DNA of 64,000 nucleotides from Octopus sinensis (GCF_006345805.1 NC_043012.1:51522001-51586000), one strand, 5' to 3'; shown: positions 1-14,564, numbered from the stretch's first letter. Made by a program: numbers and translations. Notes: a model not told the origin generated them from the sequence alone.

Positions 1-3000
1 ACTCAACCACTCTAATATTTAATGTGATAGTAGCAACGGAAAAATGCACTCATTCCTGAATAGAAATTTATGCATGAGTAGGTATTCAGGACAACGCACC
101 CTTCAGTTTGCTGAGTCGAAGAAGCACCTCTTTCTGGGTGTCATTAACATTAACTTATGAATAAGATATGGAATGATGGTCACTGTATACTAACCAGTAT
201 TGGTAAAATTTTGAAATGTTCAACGATTAACAGCTATACGATTGATATGACATTTAATAAAGCATTAAGAGTTTCATATATGTTTGATAGGAGTTTTACA
301 TAAGTTTTATATAAATCTTAGGTTTCTGTGGAAAATTAGATCAAGTTTACTCGGGTTTACAATATTCGATTTTATCATTTGATTGCTGGACGGTGTACAC
401 ATAATGATGGGTGAATGAGTGAATTCAAATACTATATAAAAGGATGTTTTGATAAGTAATAATACTGTGTAACAATTTATGTCCTTGAGTAGCAACTGTT
501 TTTTACTATTTGAGTTCCCCTGGAAACTGTGAAAACGGCTAATAAAGCCTTGAAATTTTATTTTGTTAAACTTTTTGGAACCCCCAAAGATCCCACTTAG
601 CACGTAGTTATGATGATGTCCAACCACTCCTGCTCATGAACAGAGATGCACATTTTGTCATGCTCAAGTGGTTGAGGTCAAGCAACTGAGAAGCAAATCT
701 GCGGTAGTGAGCATAGTATATGGTATAACGATATTTCTGCTTCAGCTACTCAGCGCTTAAACTGTCTGTAATGTGAGGGAAAATAAGTCAGTTTCAAAAC
801 ATTGATGTCCGGGTCACAAAAGCAAAGTTTGAAAGGAAGAGTAAACATTTCCTTTTATTTTCCTTTTATTTCTAGAGCGATGCAAATAAGAAATATCACT
901 TATTTAACAAAGTAAATAAATAAATAAATAAAAATTTGTTACACGGTGTCATTATTGTGCTAATTATAATAGAGCATCCCATAACACATTGGTCGAAGCA
1001 GACTTTACAAAGACTATATTTGAACAAACGATTTATCATTTTTTTTCTTACCGTGTTATGTCAATATTGGTTGTAGAAGTTTTATTTACATGTTTGAATT
1101 CCATGTTTAGGATTCAGAATTTGTGAATAATATAAAATATAAAAATAGTCTGATTCTTGTATCATTGAAAATATATTCAGGTAGGAATTTCCTTAGATAT
1201 TTGCTTGTGTAAAGTGCAACATTTTAAAATATTTAATGTGTCGTGTATATCACATTAACAGATTATATATTTTCAGTTATATTAAAATTATTATACCCTG
1301 ATGTATTAATATATATGTTCTGAATATTCACATCAGTAATGTCCAGACACATTTTGCTATTCATCTATTGATAGGTATATATCTGTATTTGAGAGGAAAA
1401 TAAATTTGAATGCTTCCGTAACGGGTGTCTGTTGAAATACTTTCTAATTGTATATAAATATCGATGCAAACGTTAGTTTAAATTTACACATATCTGTCCC
1501 GAGATGATTTTGTTTGTATCAATAGCCGAAATACCTTTAACCCGACCGTAGACAGGTGATGTCGGAAAATAAGTATCGCAAAACTTACTTTATCAATATT
1601 CTTCAAATGTTTTAATGCTTCTATAGCTTGATCCAATTCAGTTCGGAAATAGCTCAGACGGATATGCGTTCAGAAAGTCAGGCAGAAAATACGAAATCTG
1701 CTATGTTTGAATAAGGTGTTGACACATTCTATGTTTCTTACTTTGACATTTCAAAATGTAGTGGGGATGTGTGTGTGTATATGTGTGTATGTGTGAGATG
1801 GAAAGCAAAGAAAGCGGAAATATATTGGTTGGATATAAAGAGGGAACAGGAAACAAGGGCTAATATAAACATTTTCTAAAATAGAAAGCAACATGAAATT
1901 TCAACATATATAAAGTAAGAAAGATATCCAGAAAAGTATTGCTTTTACACAGCCATATGTAAAAACGCATATGCATACCTACGTACTTACATACATACAT
2001 ACATATATACATACATATAAATACACACACATGCACGCACATGAGTATGCGTACTTGTGTATGAGATTGCCCGTGCGCGCGCATATGCGTATGCAAACAG
2101 AAAACCATGTGTGAAGATAATTCAGGATGGGTAAGTAGGACGTCTGTGAATATATAACAGGGATAAATTGACGAATTCAACGTTGGTATTTAGGAATGAT
2201 GTATGCTTATCACACACGAAATTCAATTTAGAATATTGATTTTACCACCCTATATAATGTAGAATTGACTGTCACGTCTTTTTATATTCTTAAACATCCA
2301 GGAACGAGGTAAAGTCTATCTGGAATTAAGAACTTTCTGAATTTGAATGGGAAATTTCCGAATATCGCGTGCAATAAACACCTGGAATTTTCCCCAATGA
2401 GACTTGTTAATACAGAGTAAAATTAATCTTTATTAAGCAACATTTCGTGTGGATTTCGTGCTAATCTACCTAGGTACAAAACAGAATGAAATGGCACAAG
2501 TATAATAAACACCCGATGTACCCCGGATATGTGGACTAAATTCTCGTTATAACTGACATACGAAAATAATAAAATATTCTGCACAGAACTATGCAAATAA
2601 ATGTTTCGAATCGTATTTATTTACATAGTAAGCAGCATGCCTTTACAGCAACTTTTTTAAATAGCTACATATACATTTTGACGCACGCACGCATGCTCGT
2701 ACATATATACATGCATACATACATATATACATACATACATACATACATGCATACATACATGCATGCATGCATGCATGCAAACATACATACATACATACAT
2801 CAGTTGTTGGTTGTTTTTCTACTCTCGTATTTCGAGCATAGAAGAGGCAATGAGAGCAACGAAGAAATGGAGAGTGAGCGATTCCTTAGAAACTGAAATT
2901 CTTACTTTGATGAGGCTTAAATATCTTTTCCCTAAAGGAAACTCGAAATTAAGGTATTCACTGAATAAAACTAAAACTAAAGCATGTATTCCAACTCATT

Positions 3001-5405
3001 TGTATATCAAATCGTAGAAAAATAGAAAGTTGAATAAAGTAGTAGAAATATTTAATATGAAGCTGTTGAGAGCGGGCTGTCATCCACACTTGAGTATATA
3101 GTAGCTGAACGTACCACATTTTTGCTTATTGTGGTTATGTGTCTAAGTTGATGGAAGCAAACTTTAACTCTCTTCTAGACTCTCCCAGCATTTGATGCAG
3201 GAACATATCCAAGATGTAACAGCTGTATGGAGAAAAAACGTACTTCAAAACTCAGCTGGTATTCATTTTCAGTTAAATTAACTGCAGCTACGACAAATGT
3301 ATATCCTTGCTGAACGACCGACATGCTCACCAGGCAAGAGATTGGACTCATGATAGGGGAGATACCCGAATACCCTGAAAATTAAGCTACGTGCCTTCAC
3401 ACATTTACATATTCATTAGAAATATACAAACCACTCATGATGTGCAATATATAAGTCGAATTCTTTGTAACTATAGAAGAGATGAATAGAAAATACGCTG
3501 TACTAAATGATGTATGATAACTAATCTCCTAGAAACAACAACATTGAAAGCCAGTTTGTCAATAACAAACTCCAACATATATACCCACTAAAAAGCAGCT
3601 ACAAACCACAAGAGTAATATATATTGACTTGCAAACGTCACTGTTGGAAATGTTGTAATGCAAAATGTGCTGGTGACTTCAGTACTATGGAGCTTCTACT
3701 GTCAATTCACCATAAAATTATAATAAAGGGCAATTGTAATGAACTTCACCACTCAACAAAAACTGAAATAGTGGAAAAGATTTTAAGTTTCCAAATCTAC
3801 ACGCTACAGTATATATATTTCCACAAAAAATTGGTGAAAAAAGTGGGGACAAGGCACAAGAAAACAAACATACCCACACAATAGATATTAGTTGCCAAAT
3901 GAAGTACATTCTATATCTTTGTTCCGAATAAGAATTAATAACGCATCATACATGTGTATGTGCTAAGGGTATGCTTGTTGGTGCGCAAGAAATGTTTATG
4001 TAGGTAGGGGGCATGACAAAAAAACTCATACCAAAATATTCTGAAGCCCTACATTATTCTTTATTTACAGCAATCTTGAAGTATGTGAAGTTGTACTATT
4101 ATACTACCATTCGTTCGTATACGAAATCATATAGCACTTCAAATATAAAACGGAATTCTAACTTTTTAAACTAAATGTGTCTTGTAACAATCAACCAAAT
4201 TCATTTAGAAAATAATTTCTGTTCACATAATTATAAATTAAAACTCATCAGTTAAACAAACTTTGCAACACATTTCAGAAAATTAACTTAGTATATTTCG
4301 AAATTAAACATAAGACTTTGCAATTCTCTCGAGTCCTCTTGGAATGATAAAGCAACATATTTGTTATAGCACGTAATATTTATCCCCAAGATGCGCTTAG
4401 ATAAATGTCAGTAAATTGTCTCTTACTTTTAGATTACAAATTACTAATACGATGTAAATTATGGTTTTATATAATGTTTCATGTTGTAGAATATCCTATA
4501 TATAAAATACTTATTCGAATAATTATCTCAAACATTTTTAGAAATTGTATCTTCCTATTATCTACAGAACGTTTCTTTCTGTATGGAACAAAATCTATAT
4601 TTTCGCATCACAAACTGCTTTATCTCTTTGATCGCGTCTAGTTAGCGTTTGAAGCTACAACATATCATATTCCAAGATTACTGCTGAACATTGAAGATAA
4701 TTGAGTGAAGGAAGTTATCTAACATACTGAGAGCAAGATTTTGCAGTAGGGATTAACCTTATAAACCCTTCATATAGCCAACATTTAGGATTCCATTGAG
4801 GATTTCTGGTTGTATTTTGAAATGGTTTACTCTTATAAATTACTTTACGTATGAAATATCTTTAATGTAATAGCATTGCTTAATAGAATAATAGTTTATA
4901 TTTAGGTTTTGTGATATATTCTATGATAAAGACAATAAATTCTTACGTAATTGATACAAACGTTTTCAATAATAAAATATTTATAAGCAAGTCCACTCAT
5001 CATTATTCTAAGAGCTTCGTCGAAGAGTATGAGGACATAAAACTGCAATCTACCATTAAGATGCGGCTTCTATTCCTTGTTATACATACTTTAATTCACG
5101 TCCATAGTTATCTTGTAAGAAAAATGATGAAAATTTAGTACCTAAATGAAGGGAACATCAAAGGTGTCTACTTCTCAAATTTCCCTCAAATCAGTATTCA
5201 TGGTCTTAAAAATGAAGAAAGTGAGCCTAATAGAACGAAATCATAGGTATCCCGCAAAAAGCAAAGGAATACTGCTACTGTAATACTATATGTCTCTGCG
5301 ATCAAGTTTAACCTTCGCCTAAATAATAGTCACTAGAAACAGCTAAACCATTCTATGAAACATACCAATAAGGGCATCTATAAGCGTTCATTCGACTGCT
5401 AGAAA

Positions 5406-5632
5406 TACTCTTTACTCTTTACTCTTTTACTTGTTTCAGTGATTTGACTGCGGCCATGCTGGAGCACCGCCTTTAATCGAGCAGCTCGACCCCAGGACTT
5501 ATTCTTTTGTAAGTCCAGTACTTATTCTATCGGTCTCTTTTGGCGAAGCGCTAAGTAACGGGGACATAAACACACCAGCATCGGTTGTCAAACAATGCTA
5601 GGGGGACAAACACAGACACACAAACACACACA

Positions 5633-5673
<41 letters not shown>

Positions 5674-5857
5674 TATATATATATACATATATACGACGGG
5701 CTTCTTTCAGTTTCCGTCTACCAAATCCACTCAAAAGGCTGTGGTCGACCCGAGGCTATAGTAGAAGACACTTGCCCAAGGTGCCACGCAGTGGGACCGA
5801 ACCCTGAACCATGTGGTTGGTAAACAAACTACTTACCACACAGCCACTCCTGCGCCT
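5406..5857 (-). mobile_element. tRNA-derived CORE-like SINE (octopus type A, bipartite with internal (TA)n/(CA)n), near full length
   Basis: Minus strand starts AGGCGCAGGAGTGGCTGTGTGGTAAGTAG (A box) ... GGTTCAGGGTTCGGTCCCACTGCGTGGCACCTTGGGCAAGTGTCTTCTAC (B box + CORE-like) and ends in an (AAAAGAGT)n-like tail; colinear with 63075-63522. Confidence 0.9.
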
Positions 5858-6484
5858 ATAGTTGCCATATTACTAATAAATCTAAAACTAATGTCTGAAA
5901 AAGGGTAAGTTCCTTGGATAATCGAATCAGGGGTTGACACGGTGATAAACTATTTCGAGAGCAACTAAACCAGTACAACATAGAAATGTGGGGTTCTCTT
6001 GCAAGATATATTAAATGAAATTCCTATAAATGATACGCTGCCCTCTCAATATTTACGTTGTTAATGTGTCTGAAAGTAAATATCGCGAAAACATCACCCA
6101 CTCACAACGGAATGCAACTAGAAATATGTCACATTTAATGCTGAAGAATAGGGTTTCAATTATCGCAAAAATATGTATAGAAAATTGTAAAATTTCATTC
6201 TTTTATGTAAAGAATTCAACGTTATGAAAAAGTGAAATAAAACTTATATTGATTAATGATACTAGCGTCCATGATGATATATTTTCACGTCCAGGTTTTA
6301 ATGAAAGGATCTATTCCTAACAGTAATCTATATTTAGAGAGGAAATTTTAAAATTATATTACCAATTACTTCAAATTGTTAATTTTTAATTGTAACACCA
6401 ATAGATTTGTAATCTACCTGCGATGATAATCGTAGATAATCATATACTTATTTTAAACTAAATATTCTAACATAGTATGTTTGC

Positions 6485-6852
6485 AAGCACAGGCGTGGCG
6501 GTGTGGTAAGGAACTTGCTTCACAACAACATGGTTCACGGTTCAGTCCACTACATAGTGTCTTAGGTAAATGTCTCCTACTATCACCTCCAGCTAACCAA
6601 AACCCTGCGAGTGGGTTTGGTAGACGGAAACTAGAGCAGCTCGTAGTGTTTGTGTGTGAGTGTGTGTATGTATACATACATATATATGTCCTGATCACTG
6701 CGTGACAACAGTCCTAGGCGTGTTTACTTCCCCGTAAATTAGCAGTTCGACCAGTAGATGCGATAAGTACAGGAATTGAACTATTCGACTATGAATTCTT
6801 CAAGACTTTAGCTCAGCATGGCCACAGTTTAATGACTGAAACAAGTAAAAGA
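6485..6852 (+). mobile_element. Type A SINE, diverged copy
   Basis: AAGCACAGGCGTGGCGGTGTGGTAAG...GGTTCAGTCC...GAGTGGGTTTGGTAGACGGAAAC...AGCATGGCCACAGTTTAATGACTGAAACAAGTAAAAGA, matching the other type A copies. Confidence 0.85.
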
Positions 6853-8090
6853 TGAAAAATAAAGATTATATTGTTAATATTCTAATTTATATAGCCAACA
6901 CACCCTTAAGTATTTTCCATAAACTTTACCGTTCATACACTTCAAAATCTTGTTTTATGTAGAGACTCAATCCAAATTATACTGATATAATCATTTCAAT
7001 AATTCTACTGATATATTCGTTGATACGACAGTATCTATGACCTGAAAATCAAGTGCATCAAGTGAACTACCTTAACTATAAATTGTCCTCTAAGAAGTTA
7101 ATATTCTGATATTAGTAATATATGAAAAGTTTTAGGTCTGAGCAACATGCATTTTGTGCATATTTCGGCTTGATATCCATGTTGGAGACAGAAGACTTAC
7201 AAAAATACTATGAAACAGTATCTCTCTCTTTCTCTGACTCTTTTCCTTTCTTTCTCTTTTTCTATCTTCCTTTCTCTGTCCCCATTCCTTTACCTTTATT
7301 TCTCCCTCTCTCTCTCACACACACACATACACACACACGCAAACATACCCACTCACACATACATGCTTTCTGCATCAGTCGGATTTCTTTCAATTCTTCC
7401 TAAGTATTTCAACTGCAAATATGTTCTGCAATTCTGACTCTGGTTTCGCAGAGCAATTGGCTATAAAAAAAAACATTGTATTGTGCCAAAAGTTCACTTT
7501 TTAACAAGACATGAAGCAATCTCTTTGTTGGTCACGTTGATTTTCGCGCCAATACGCAACCTGAATACTTTGAGGGACGGTATATTCCCTTAGTGTCAAA
7601 CCCTAGCGATAGCTCCATATCTAGCGTGATTAATGATGTAGAAATCCTTCTCCCACGCCCAGTTAAATCCAGCATATCCAATGGAGCATGATCCATAATA
7701 TAATTTGACGGAAGAAGAATATCTGATCGGACACAAACAAAGCTGTATCCTCAATATACAACTGATTCATTATATTGGCCGTAACATTATTCAGAATTCT
7801 CTATACACTAGAAAACATCCAAAATAATATCTGATGAAATCATTGAAATTATCACCTCAATCTTTATATTTAAACATACTCATAAAACAATTATTTCTGT
7901 GTGAATGTTTGTGTGTGCATATGTATATAAGTGTGCGTATAGGAATTTAATGCATTAATTTCTATTTACTTAGGTTTTAAAACTCTGCATATTATTTATT
8001 TCAGCCATCCAGATAATCTCTTCGTTAAGTTAGTTATGTGTGGATATATTTGGCATATTGTTAACAATGGTGACTTTGTGCATGTGTATA

Positions 8091-8137
<47 letters not shown>

Positions 8138-8157
8138 CTGTTATTATTATTATTAAT

Positions 8158-8450
8158 TATGCGCCCTTTTCAAGTCTAGCCAGGCCCATGGGTCCGGTTT
8201 CCCGCTTTCTATGTCATATGTGTTCCCCCCAGCTGATCGGGATGCCAGCCCATCGCAGCGCTACTCAAGAAACAGGAAGAAAGAGTGAGAGAAAGCTGGG
8301 GCGAAAGAGTACAACAGGGGTCGCCACCACCCCCTACCGGAGCCTTGTGGAGTTTTAGGCGTTTTCGCCCAAATAACACACACAAAGCCCGGTTTGGGAA
8401 TCGACATCACGATCTTCCGACCGCGAGTCCGCTGCCCTAACCACTGGGCC
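8158..8450 (-). mobile_element. tRNA-derived SINE (type B)
   Basis: Minus strand GGCCCAGTGGTTAGGGCAGCGGACTCGCGGTCGGAAGATCGTGATGTCGATTCCCAAACCGGGC (A/B boxes); colinear with 59103-59403 and with the head of 61801-62070. Confidence 0.85.
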
Positions 8451-8451
8451 T

Positions 8452-8489
<38 letters not shown>

Positions 8490-8639
8490 GAATATTTGTA
8501 TAAATAAGCTAAGAAAACACAACTAGATCTCATAATGCATTGAAACAAGTGCATAGTCAAGTCCATGCAGGCCTGGAAAAATACCTCGTGTGGAAAAAAT
8601 TGTAGTAATTAAAAAAATAGAAGTCCAACCATACTCCTT

Positions 8640-9040
8640 CTTGAATATTCCGATTTTTCTTACTTATTGTTTAAATGGAAACAGCAAGCAGTTTTAGTTC
8701 GATGAAGTAAAAGTGTTGGTGGAGGTTAGACAGATAGAGGTAAAAACGGAAAGATGGGTGTTAGTTCAGGAAGAGGGAGGGGGTTAATAATGTGTGTATT
8801 AAAGAAGTTGGCAGTAGAGGTGGAAATTTGGGATGTGAGTGGGAGACGTAGGTAATCAAAGAGTGGTCAGATGTTGGGTTTGCATGTAGGTGTCGAATTT
8901 AGGGATAATGATTAAAGAATATTGGAAGTTGATATAACGTGAAAAGGGATGGCAGTTATTTGAAGGAGGTAAATTGTCTAAGAGGGGAATACTGTTGTAT
9001 ATTCTTGATGTGAACTCGTGTGTTGAAACAGATTTTTTTC
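8640..9040 (-). mobile_element. Degenerate CR1-like LINE ORF2 3' fragment (tentative)
   Basis: C-rich minus strand; broken frames give FTSRIYN, HLTTL* (cf. CR1 LxTLExRR) and HQHFYF..VSI* (cf. RxHFFxxRVVxxWN). Weak similarity judged by eye. Confidence 0.4.
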
Positions 9041-9418
9041 TAGTACGCGTGTTTATGTGGTAAAAAATGACACTTTTCGTAAAATATGACAATATATATT
9101 TATTTATTCATTAATTTATTTATATTGAAGGTATGTGTGTCTATTTAACATAATATCAAGTCGTTTGATTACCCGCTGTATGCCTAAATATTTAGAATGA
9201 TTATTAATGGGTTTATTAATATGTAAACATTTGTCTTCATTAGAAACATGCGTGCTAACTTACCATGATTGTCCACTCTTAACTACTGAGGGGAAAAAGA
9301 TTCAGATATATATGCATACACACACACACACATATATATACATATATACATATAGATAGATAGATACAAAGAGAGAGAGAGAGAGAAAGAAAGATAATTT
9401 AAATATATATATATATAT

Positions 9419-9451
<33 letters not shown>

Positions 9452-9534
9452 ATAATGTGACAATTATTTGAATGTTTGTGTGTGCATAGGCATATAACTG
9501 TGGGTATAGAAATATAATGCATTGACTTCTATTT

Positions 9535-9668
9535 AAACGTCGCAACCTGTGGAACAGTACTATAATGGCCTTTGCAATGGCCTTTTTATTTACTTCCAAG
9601 TCACTTCCATGTCCACCTCTCAAAGTCCACATCCTCAAGAACGTTGGCCTTGTCTCTAGAGTATATAT

Positions 9669-9718
<50 letters not shown>

Positions 9719-9921
9719 ATATATATACGTATAAGCAACAAGGGTATTCTAGAGAGAAGGCCAACGTTCTTGAGGATAGAAGACTTTGAGAGAAGGACAT
9801 GGAAGTGACTTGGAGGTGAATAATAAGCTTTGTTCTGCAAAGGCCATTATAGTACTGTTCCACAGGTTGCGACGTTTCGGAGATTAGCTATTCAGACTCT
9901 TTCCCGAATCATCAGGATATC
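9535..9921. mobile_element. Inverted pair of Penelope-like termini around (TA)n, with degenerate hammerhead motif
   Basis: 9535-9663 is the reverse complement of 9745-9877 (e.g. AAACGTCGCAACCTGTGGAACAGTACTATAATGGCCTTTGCA vs TGCAAAGGCCATTATAGTACTGTTCCACAGGTTGCGACGTTT). The minus strand at 9915-9871 reads CTGATGA...CCGAAACGTC. Confidence 0.65.
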
Positions 9922-10984
9922 GTCAGAGTGCCTATCAAGAAGTACAATCCGGGGAAACATTTTGCGTTTTGAAACTGCCACACCTTAGTGAGAAAATAAC
10001 TGCTGCAATCCGTTATGTAACCCATACTGCGTAAATTGAATACAACGCTGGCACATTGCAGACACTCCACGATTAGCTTCTTGGCAACCGACTAGCACAC
10101 GACTGCACAGGGTGCACACTGTCAAACCGTAATGATCAGCAGTGAAGCATGTTTACCGCACAACGTGGTATACAAAATCACCTTTTTTATCAAAAGGCAA
10201 TGAATGCTTGATAGGAAGTTTCATAAGACAAGTGAATGTGTATCCTGATTTTTCTCCCGGCAAAATACACCTGTGAAAATAACATTCAACCCCAAAATAA
10301 AGTTCTCCATTCACACCATTGAGCAAATATTTGGCAACTAAATATAGAAGAAGTAATAACCATGTCTGGCCAAACCGCGTACTTAAAGACAGAAGCGAGC
10401 TACAGAAAACTGATTGCCTATTGTAGCAATGCTGTCCTACACCTGAAAATTATCAAATCCATAGGCACGCATGCACAGAAGCACACTGCTTGGCAAGGAA
10501 GTCATCTCGCAAAACCAAATATCCAATTTCCTTTTCCGGAAGATGAAATGATGACTTCGAAAACTCAAAGTATAAGATATAATATTCAATAATATTTAAT
10601 TATTTTGTTTCTTATAAATCGATTTATCTCTGTATACAATGATTTATTTACATGTGTTTCAGGGATGTGCGTGTGTCCATCCACTGCGACTTTATAAGTC
10701 TTTGTGTTATGGTATAGTGTAAGAAATTGAAGAAAGAAAGCATGGGTGAGTTTCTTCATTATATTTTGTTTGTGACTGCTCAAAGGTAGATGGGAAAACG
10801 ATGAAATGAAAACTACAGAATGTAGCGAGTATCATGTCATGCGCAGTGCATTGTTTTTTAGCCTTCAGTACCCGGCTTGAACATTTCACCACCTAACCTC
10901 TACTCATGTATTGAGTCCATTATTCAGTCACAAATTTAACTTTTCAGTATATAACATGACTGAGTACAATGTATATGAGTGAAT

Positions 10985-10999
10985 ACACTTACGTATATA

Positions 11000-11038
<39 letters not shown>

Positions 11039-11056
11039 AATATATGTGTGTATATG

Positions 11057-11135
<79 letters not shown>

Positions 11136-11320
11136 TATGTGTGTATATGTATGTATGTATAGTGGAGGTGTTTGTGCACAATATACAATATATTTGGCGA
11201 GTGAGCGAGAGAGTGTGTTTGTGTATGTATGTGTGTAATATATGTGTATGTTTGTGTGTGTGTGTGTGTGTGTGTGTGCATGTGTGTGTGTGCGTGTGTG
11301 TGTGTGTGCGTGTGTGTCAA
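10985..11320. repeat. Representative compound (TA)n/(TG)n microsatellite (dozens more across the window)
   Basis: Pure TA/TG runs; they explain the YI/HT/CV ORFs in the track. Confidence 0.95.
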
Positions 11321-11976
11321 TCATTTTGTGCTTCCTTGAATATCGATGTATGCAGTAAGTAATCTATCTATGTATCTAGTTATCGGAAAACTTGTATGAA
11401 GTATTACATAGCAATATGTGTTAAGCAATATTCTGACGGCTGTCTTTATGAAATGATTTTCTTTTCTTTTTGGATGTACTTATGTTATTTGTGAATATAA
11501 AGCTGATTTGAAACGAGTATAAAAGAAAAGTGATAAAATATTCTTCACACAACCTCAGGCTTGCTATATGTTTTCTAACAGCCGTCGGGCATGAAGGAAA
11601 TCATATATCTAATCGGTGGCAGTTTCTGTCAACAGTTCTTAAGACTAACAGTACTTAGAGAATAAGTGAAATTGTTTCCAGACAAACATGTTTCTTTTGC
11701 CTGGTGTTTTAACATATGGACATCCCTTTGCAACTAACATAAAAAAAGAAGGGAAAAATAGCGCTGTCAACTTAGTTGGCTATTTAACGACTTCTTTACT
11801 ATGCTGGTTATTTTGTCTGCTAACACATCTTGTTTGTTTCTGTGTCTGTTTTTGTCCTATTTTTTCCTACAAGAATAATCTACTTCATATCTTTGTGAAT
11901 GATATATTTTCGTTAGATACAAACTTACAGACATGATACACAAACAAATACAGATATACTTTAAACTGAGAATCAT

Positions 11977-12052
<76 letters not shown>

Positions 12053-12233
12053 CTATATATGAATGTATATATGTTTATATGTGTGTCTATATATGAATGT
12101 ATATATGTTTGTGGGGGTGAGTTTCCGTGTTTGTCAGTGTGCATGTATATGTATATAGAGGTATCTAACATATATATATATACACATATATACATACATA
12201 CATATGTTTGTGTACAACCATATATATGCTTTC

Positions 12234-12277
<44 letters not shown>

Positions 12278-13545
12278 TTCCATATATGTGTATATATGTA
12301 TATATGTATAAATATATAAACACGTATACATATCCATGACAGAGAGTTAGACAGACAGAGAGGTAAGGCGTGAAAGAGGAAGAGGCATATATATATATAT
12401 ATATATGCACACACACACATATATATAGTTACGCGTTTGAGTGCGTATGTGTGTGTGTTTCTGGATATTTCTGTGTGTCTGTGATGTGTTATGTGCACCT
12501 GTGTATATGTGTAATTGATTTGCTTGAATAATGAAAATCTATCCTTCGTAATCTCTTGATATTTTCGAAGAAACATAAAGCTTCCACACTTAAACCAATA
12601 CATGGCTGAGATTAATGGAGATCATTGTGAAATATGAATTACGATTTTTAAAGCAATGCAATTCTTCCCATGCGTGTGTGTGTATGTGTGTGTGTGTTTG
12701 TGTGTACAGGGAATTGATTTGTAGTCGATGGTTGGGAGTACTCAATACATGTCCATATTGTACTTAATCATATGAATTTCGACTTCACTTTCTTTATTCC
12801 CTGTGTTACATTTGCTTGATTTATGGTGCGTGAACTCAAAAATCGTTAGTGAATTTCTCATTAAACTTTGTTATGCTTTGGTCGGAATTTAAAACTTACC
12901 ACAACATGGGGGGGAAGAACACAAAGTAATTGTCAGCTGTCATCAGAGATTGTAAATGTGAGATTTCGATTATTGTCTGTAGCTGCCTTCGTTAAGATCA
13001 TAATTCTCCTCGACTTGATCTTCCAGTCACAGTCTTAGTGTCTATAGAATAATTCGTAGCAATAAAATCTAAATATCCTCACTGCGTATTCTCTACTATA
13101 AATCTGTACACTCACTCAAGCTCACGTACGAAAAACACATAGAGATACACAGGCATACGCATGCACACATGCTAACACATGCACATACACATGCATCCCC
13201 TTCATGTATGTGTCTGCGCGTGTGCCTGCGTGCATGTGTGTGTCTGTGTGTTGTCGTATATATATGAAATACAAAAGAAATAAAGAAGACTGTTCATCAC
13301 TTCATGTCTGCATGCAACTGTCTCTTGATCTGAAGATTAGAAAAATAATTGAAGAGGGTAAATTTCTATGTGAGTTGAAATACTTATAAACTTGTAAAGT
13401 GAGTGCATTTTCCTTCATTTACTTATTTTTCGCTCTACATATATATTTATGTTTGTATGGATATTGTATATCTACTATGTAGTAAATATGTGTGTGTGCA
13501 TAGAGACATAGACATAGACAGACAGACAAACAGATAGAGAGATAA

Positions 13546-14564
13546 GTTTCTTTATTGGCCACACAGGGCTGCACACAGATGGGACAAGTTACAAGGTAGA
13601 GCTTTTCTTTTGGGGGATGAAAAAAACAAAAAACAAAAGAAGAAAAAATTAATAATATAAAAAATAAAAAGAAAAAAGGAAAAAAGGAAAAACAAGAACG
13701 ATCAATAGGGATCGTGTATCACAGTGTTATGATATATGGTGTAAAGGGGAAAGCAAGTAAGGTTTATCCGTGGGAAGAAAAGCCTACGAAAAAGACCACG
13801 GTAACCTTGGTCAATATTGTTATATGTTACCACATTTGTTTGCAATTTTCTGGGTTCATAGGATTATGCTCAAGGTGGCTTCGGCATTCATACGTGCCAT
13901 CCTTGCTACATTCACCCATCTCTTTTTAAGACATTCGCTAGACAAAACTTGCCTCTCTACTCTCACTTTCCTTTTCAAGTTCTACTTGAAGAAGTTGATG
14001 AGAGATTGACCAGAGAGGAAAGTGTTTGTCTCCAATCCTTTCAGACGCGTCCACCAGATACATTCTGTCGCCATAGCCACAAGGATGATGAAAATGGCTC
14101 TTCTTTCCCGTTTGAAAGAAGGAGGCGTGACAATATTGACGATAGACTCAGCTGATAAACCGACTCGTCCCACACGTGACAGCAGTTGTTCGACACAAGC
14201 CCACAGGTCGGAAATTGTTGGACACTGCACGAGTGCGTGCAGAACGGTTTCGTCGCTCTGACCGCATCTCGGGCAGGACGGCCCCGTGTTTCTCGAGCCG
14301 TGTCTGTAGAGCTTATCCCGAACGGGTAGCGCTTCTCGGTAACACTGCCAGGCCTGGGATCTCTGGAAGTTGTCCATGGGCCCTGGCCCGAAAGTCGTCC
14401 TGAACAGGCGGGTCAGGTACTCCTCGTCGACGTCTAGGTTCGCCCCGAGCTCGTCGTCGTACCTCCCCTCCACTAATCCCCTATAGAATGCTTTGGTTGT
14501 GTTGAAGTCACTCAAGGTCGACCCAGGACGGCAGAGTTGCTTGAGAGCAACGCGACACTCGCGG
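13546..14564 (-). mobile_element. 5'-truncated Tx1/L1-clade non-LTR retrotransposon (ORF2 C-terminus + 3' UTR)
   Basis: Reading frame ...WQCYREALPVRDKL...CPRCGQSDETVLHALVQCP...IWWTRL... contains the L1/Tx1 C-terminal CCHC knuckle (zf-RVT-like); 3' UTR ends AATAAAGAAA next to TATC-like repeats; 5' end fused to (TA)n/(GATA)n. Confidence 0.9.
13856..14564 (-). pseudogene. Tx1/L1 ORF2 C-terminal fragment with one premature TAG (13982-13984)
   Basis: The frame continues through the TAG as NLKRKVRVERQVLSSECLKKRWVNVARMARMNAEATLSIIL to TGA at 13856-13858. The N-terminal part of the supplied 258-aa ORF is microsatellite read-through. Confidence 0.85.

Noticed and set aside
307-627. 106-aa minus-strand ORF and nearby exon-like sequence at 60-140
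   Set aside because: No recognisable domain, GTG start, no convincing splice pair.
3624-3790. WKCCNAKC motif resembling FLYWCH
   Set aside because: Only a partial motif with no accompanying transposase signature.
5810-5857. tRNA-like A/B boxes in SINE heads as tRNA genes
   Set aside because: They continue into SINE bodies and lack a full cloverleaf and acceptor stem.
7530-7760. Moderately GC-rich stretch with short open frames on both strands
   Set aside because: No recognisable motif or splice sites; cannot be classified.
7829-7852. CTGATGA-AATCATT-GAAA hammerhead-like spacing
   Set aside because: Stem II only 2-3 bp and no stem I/III or NUH geometry; likely chance.
10000-10450. Minus-strand segments with AG acceptors and Cys-containing frames
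   Set aside because: Frames are interrupted by stops; resemblance to piggyBac or host genes is too weak to call.
10969-12603. Long [12 protein letters not shown] ORFs here and throughout the track
   Set aside because: Stop-free translations of (TA)n, (CA)n, (GATA)n and (TC)n microsatellites; not genes.
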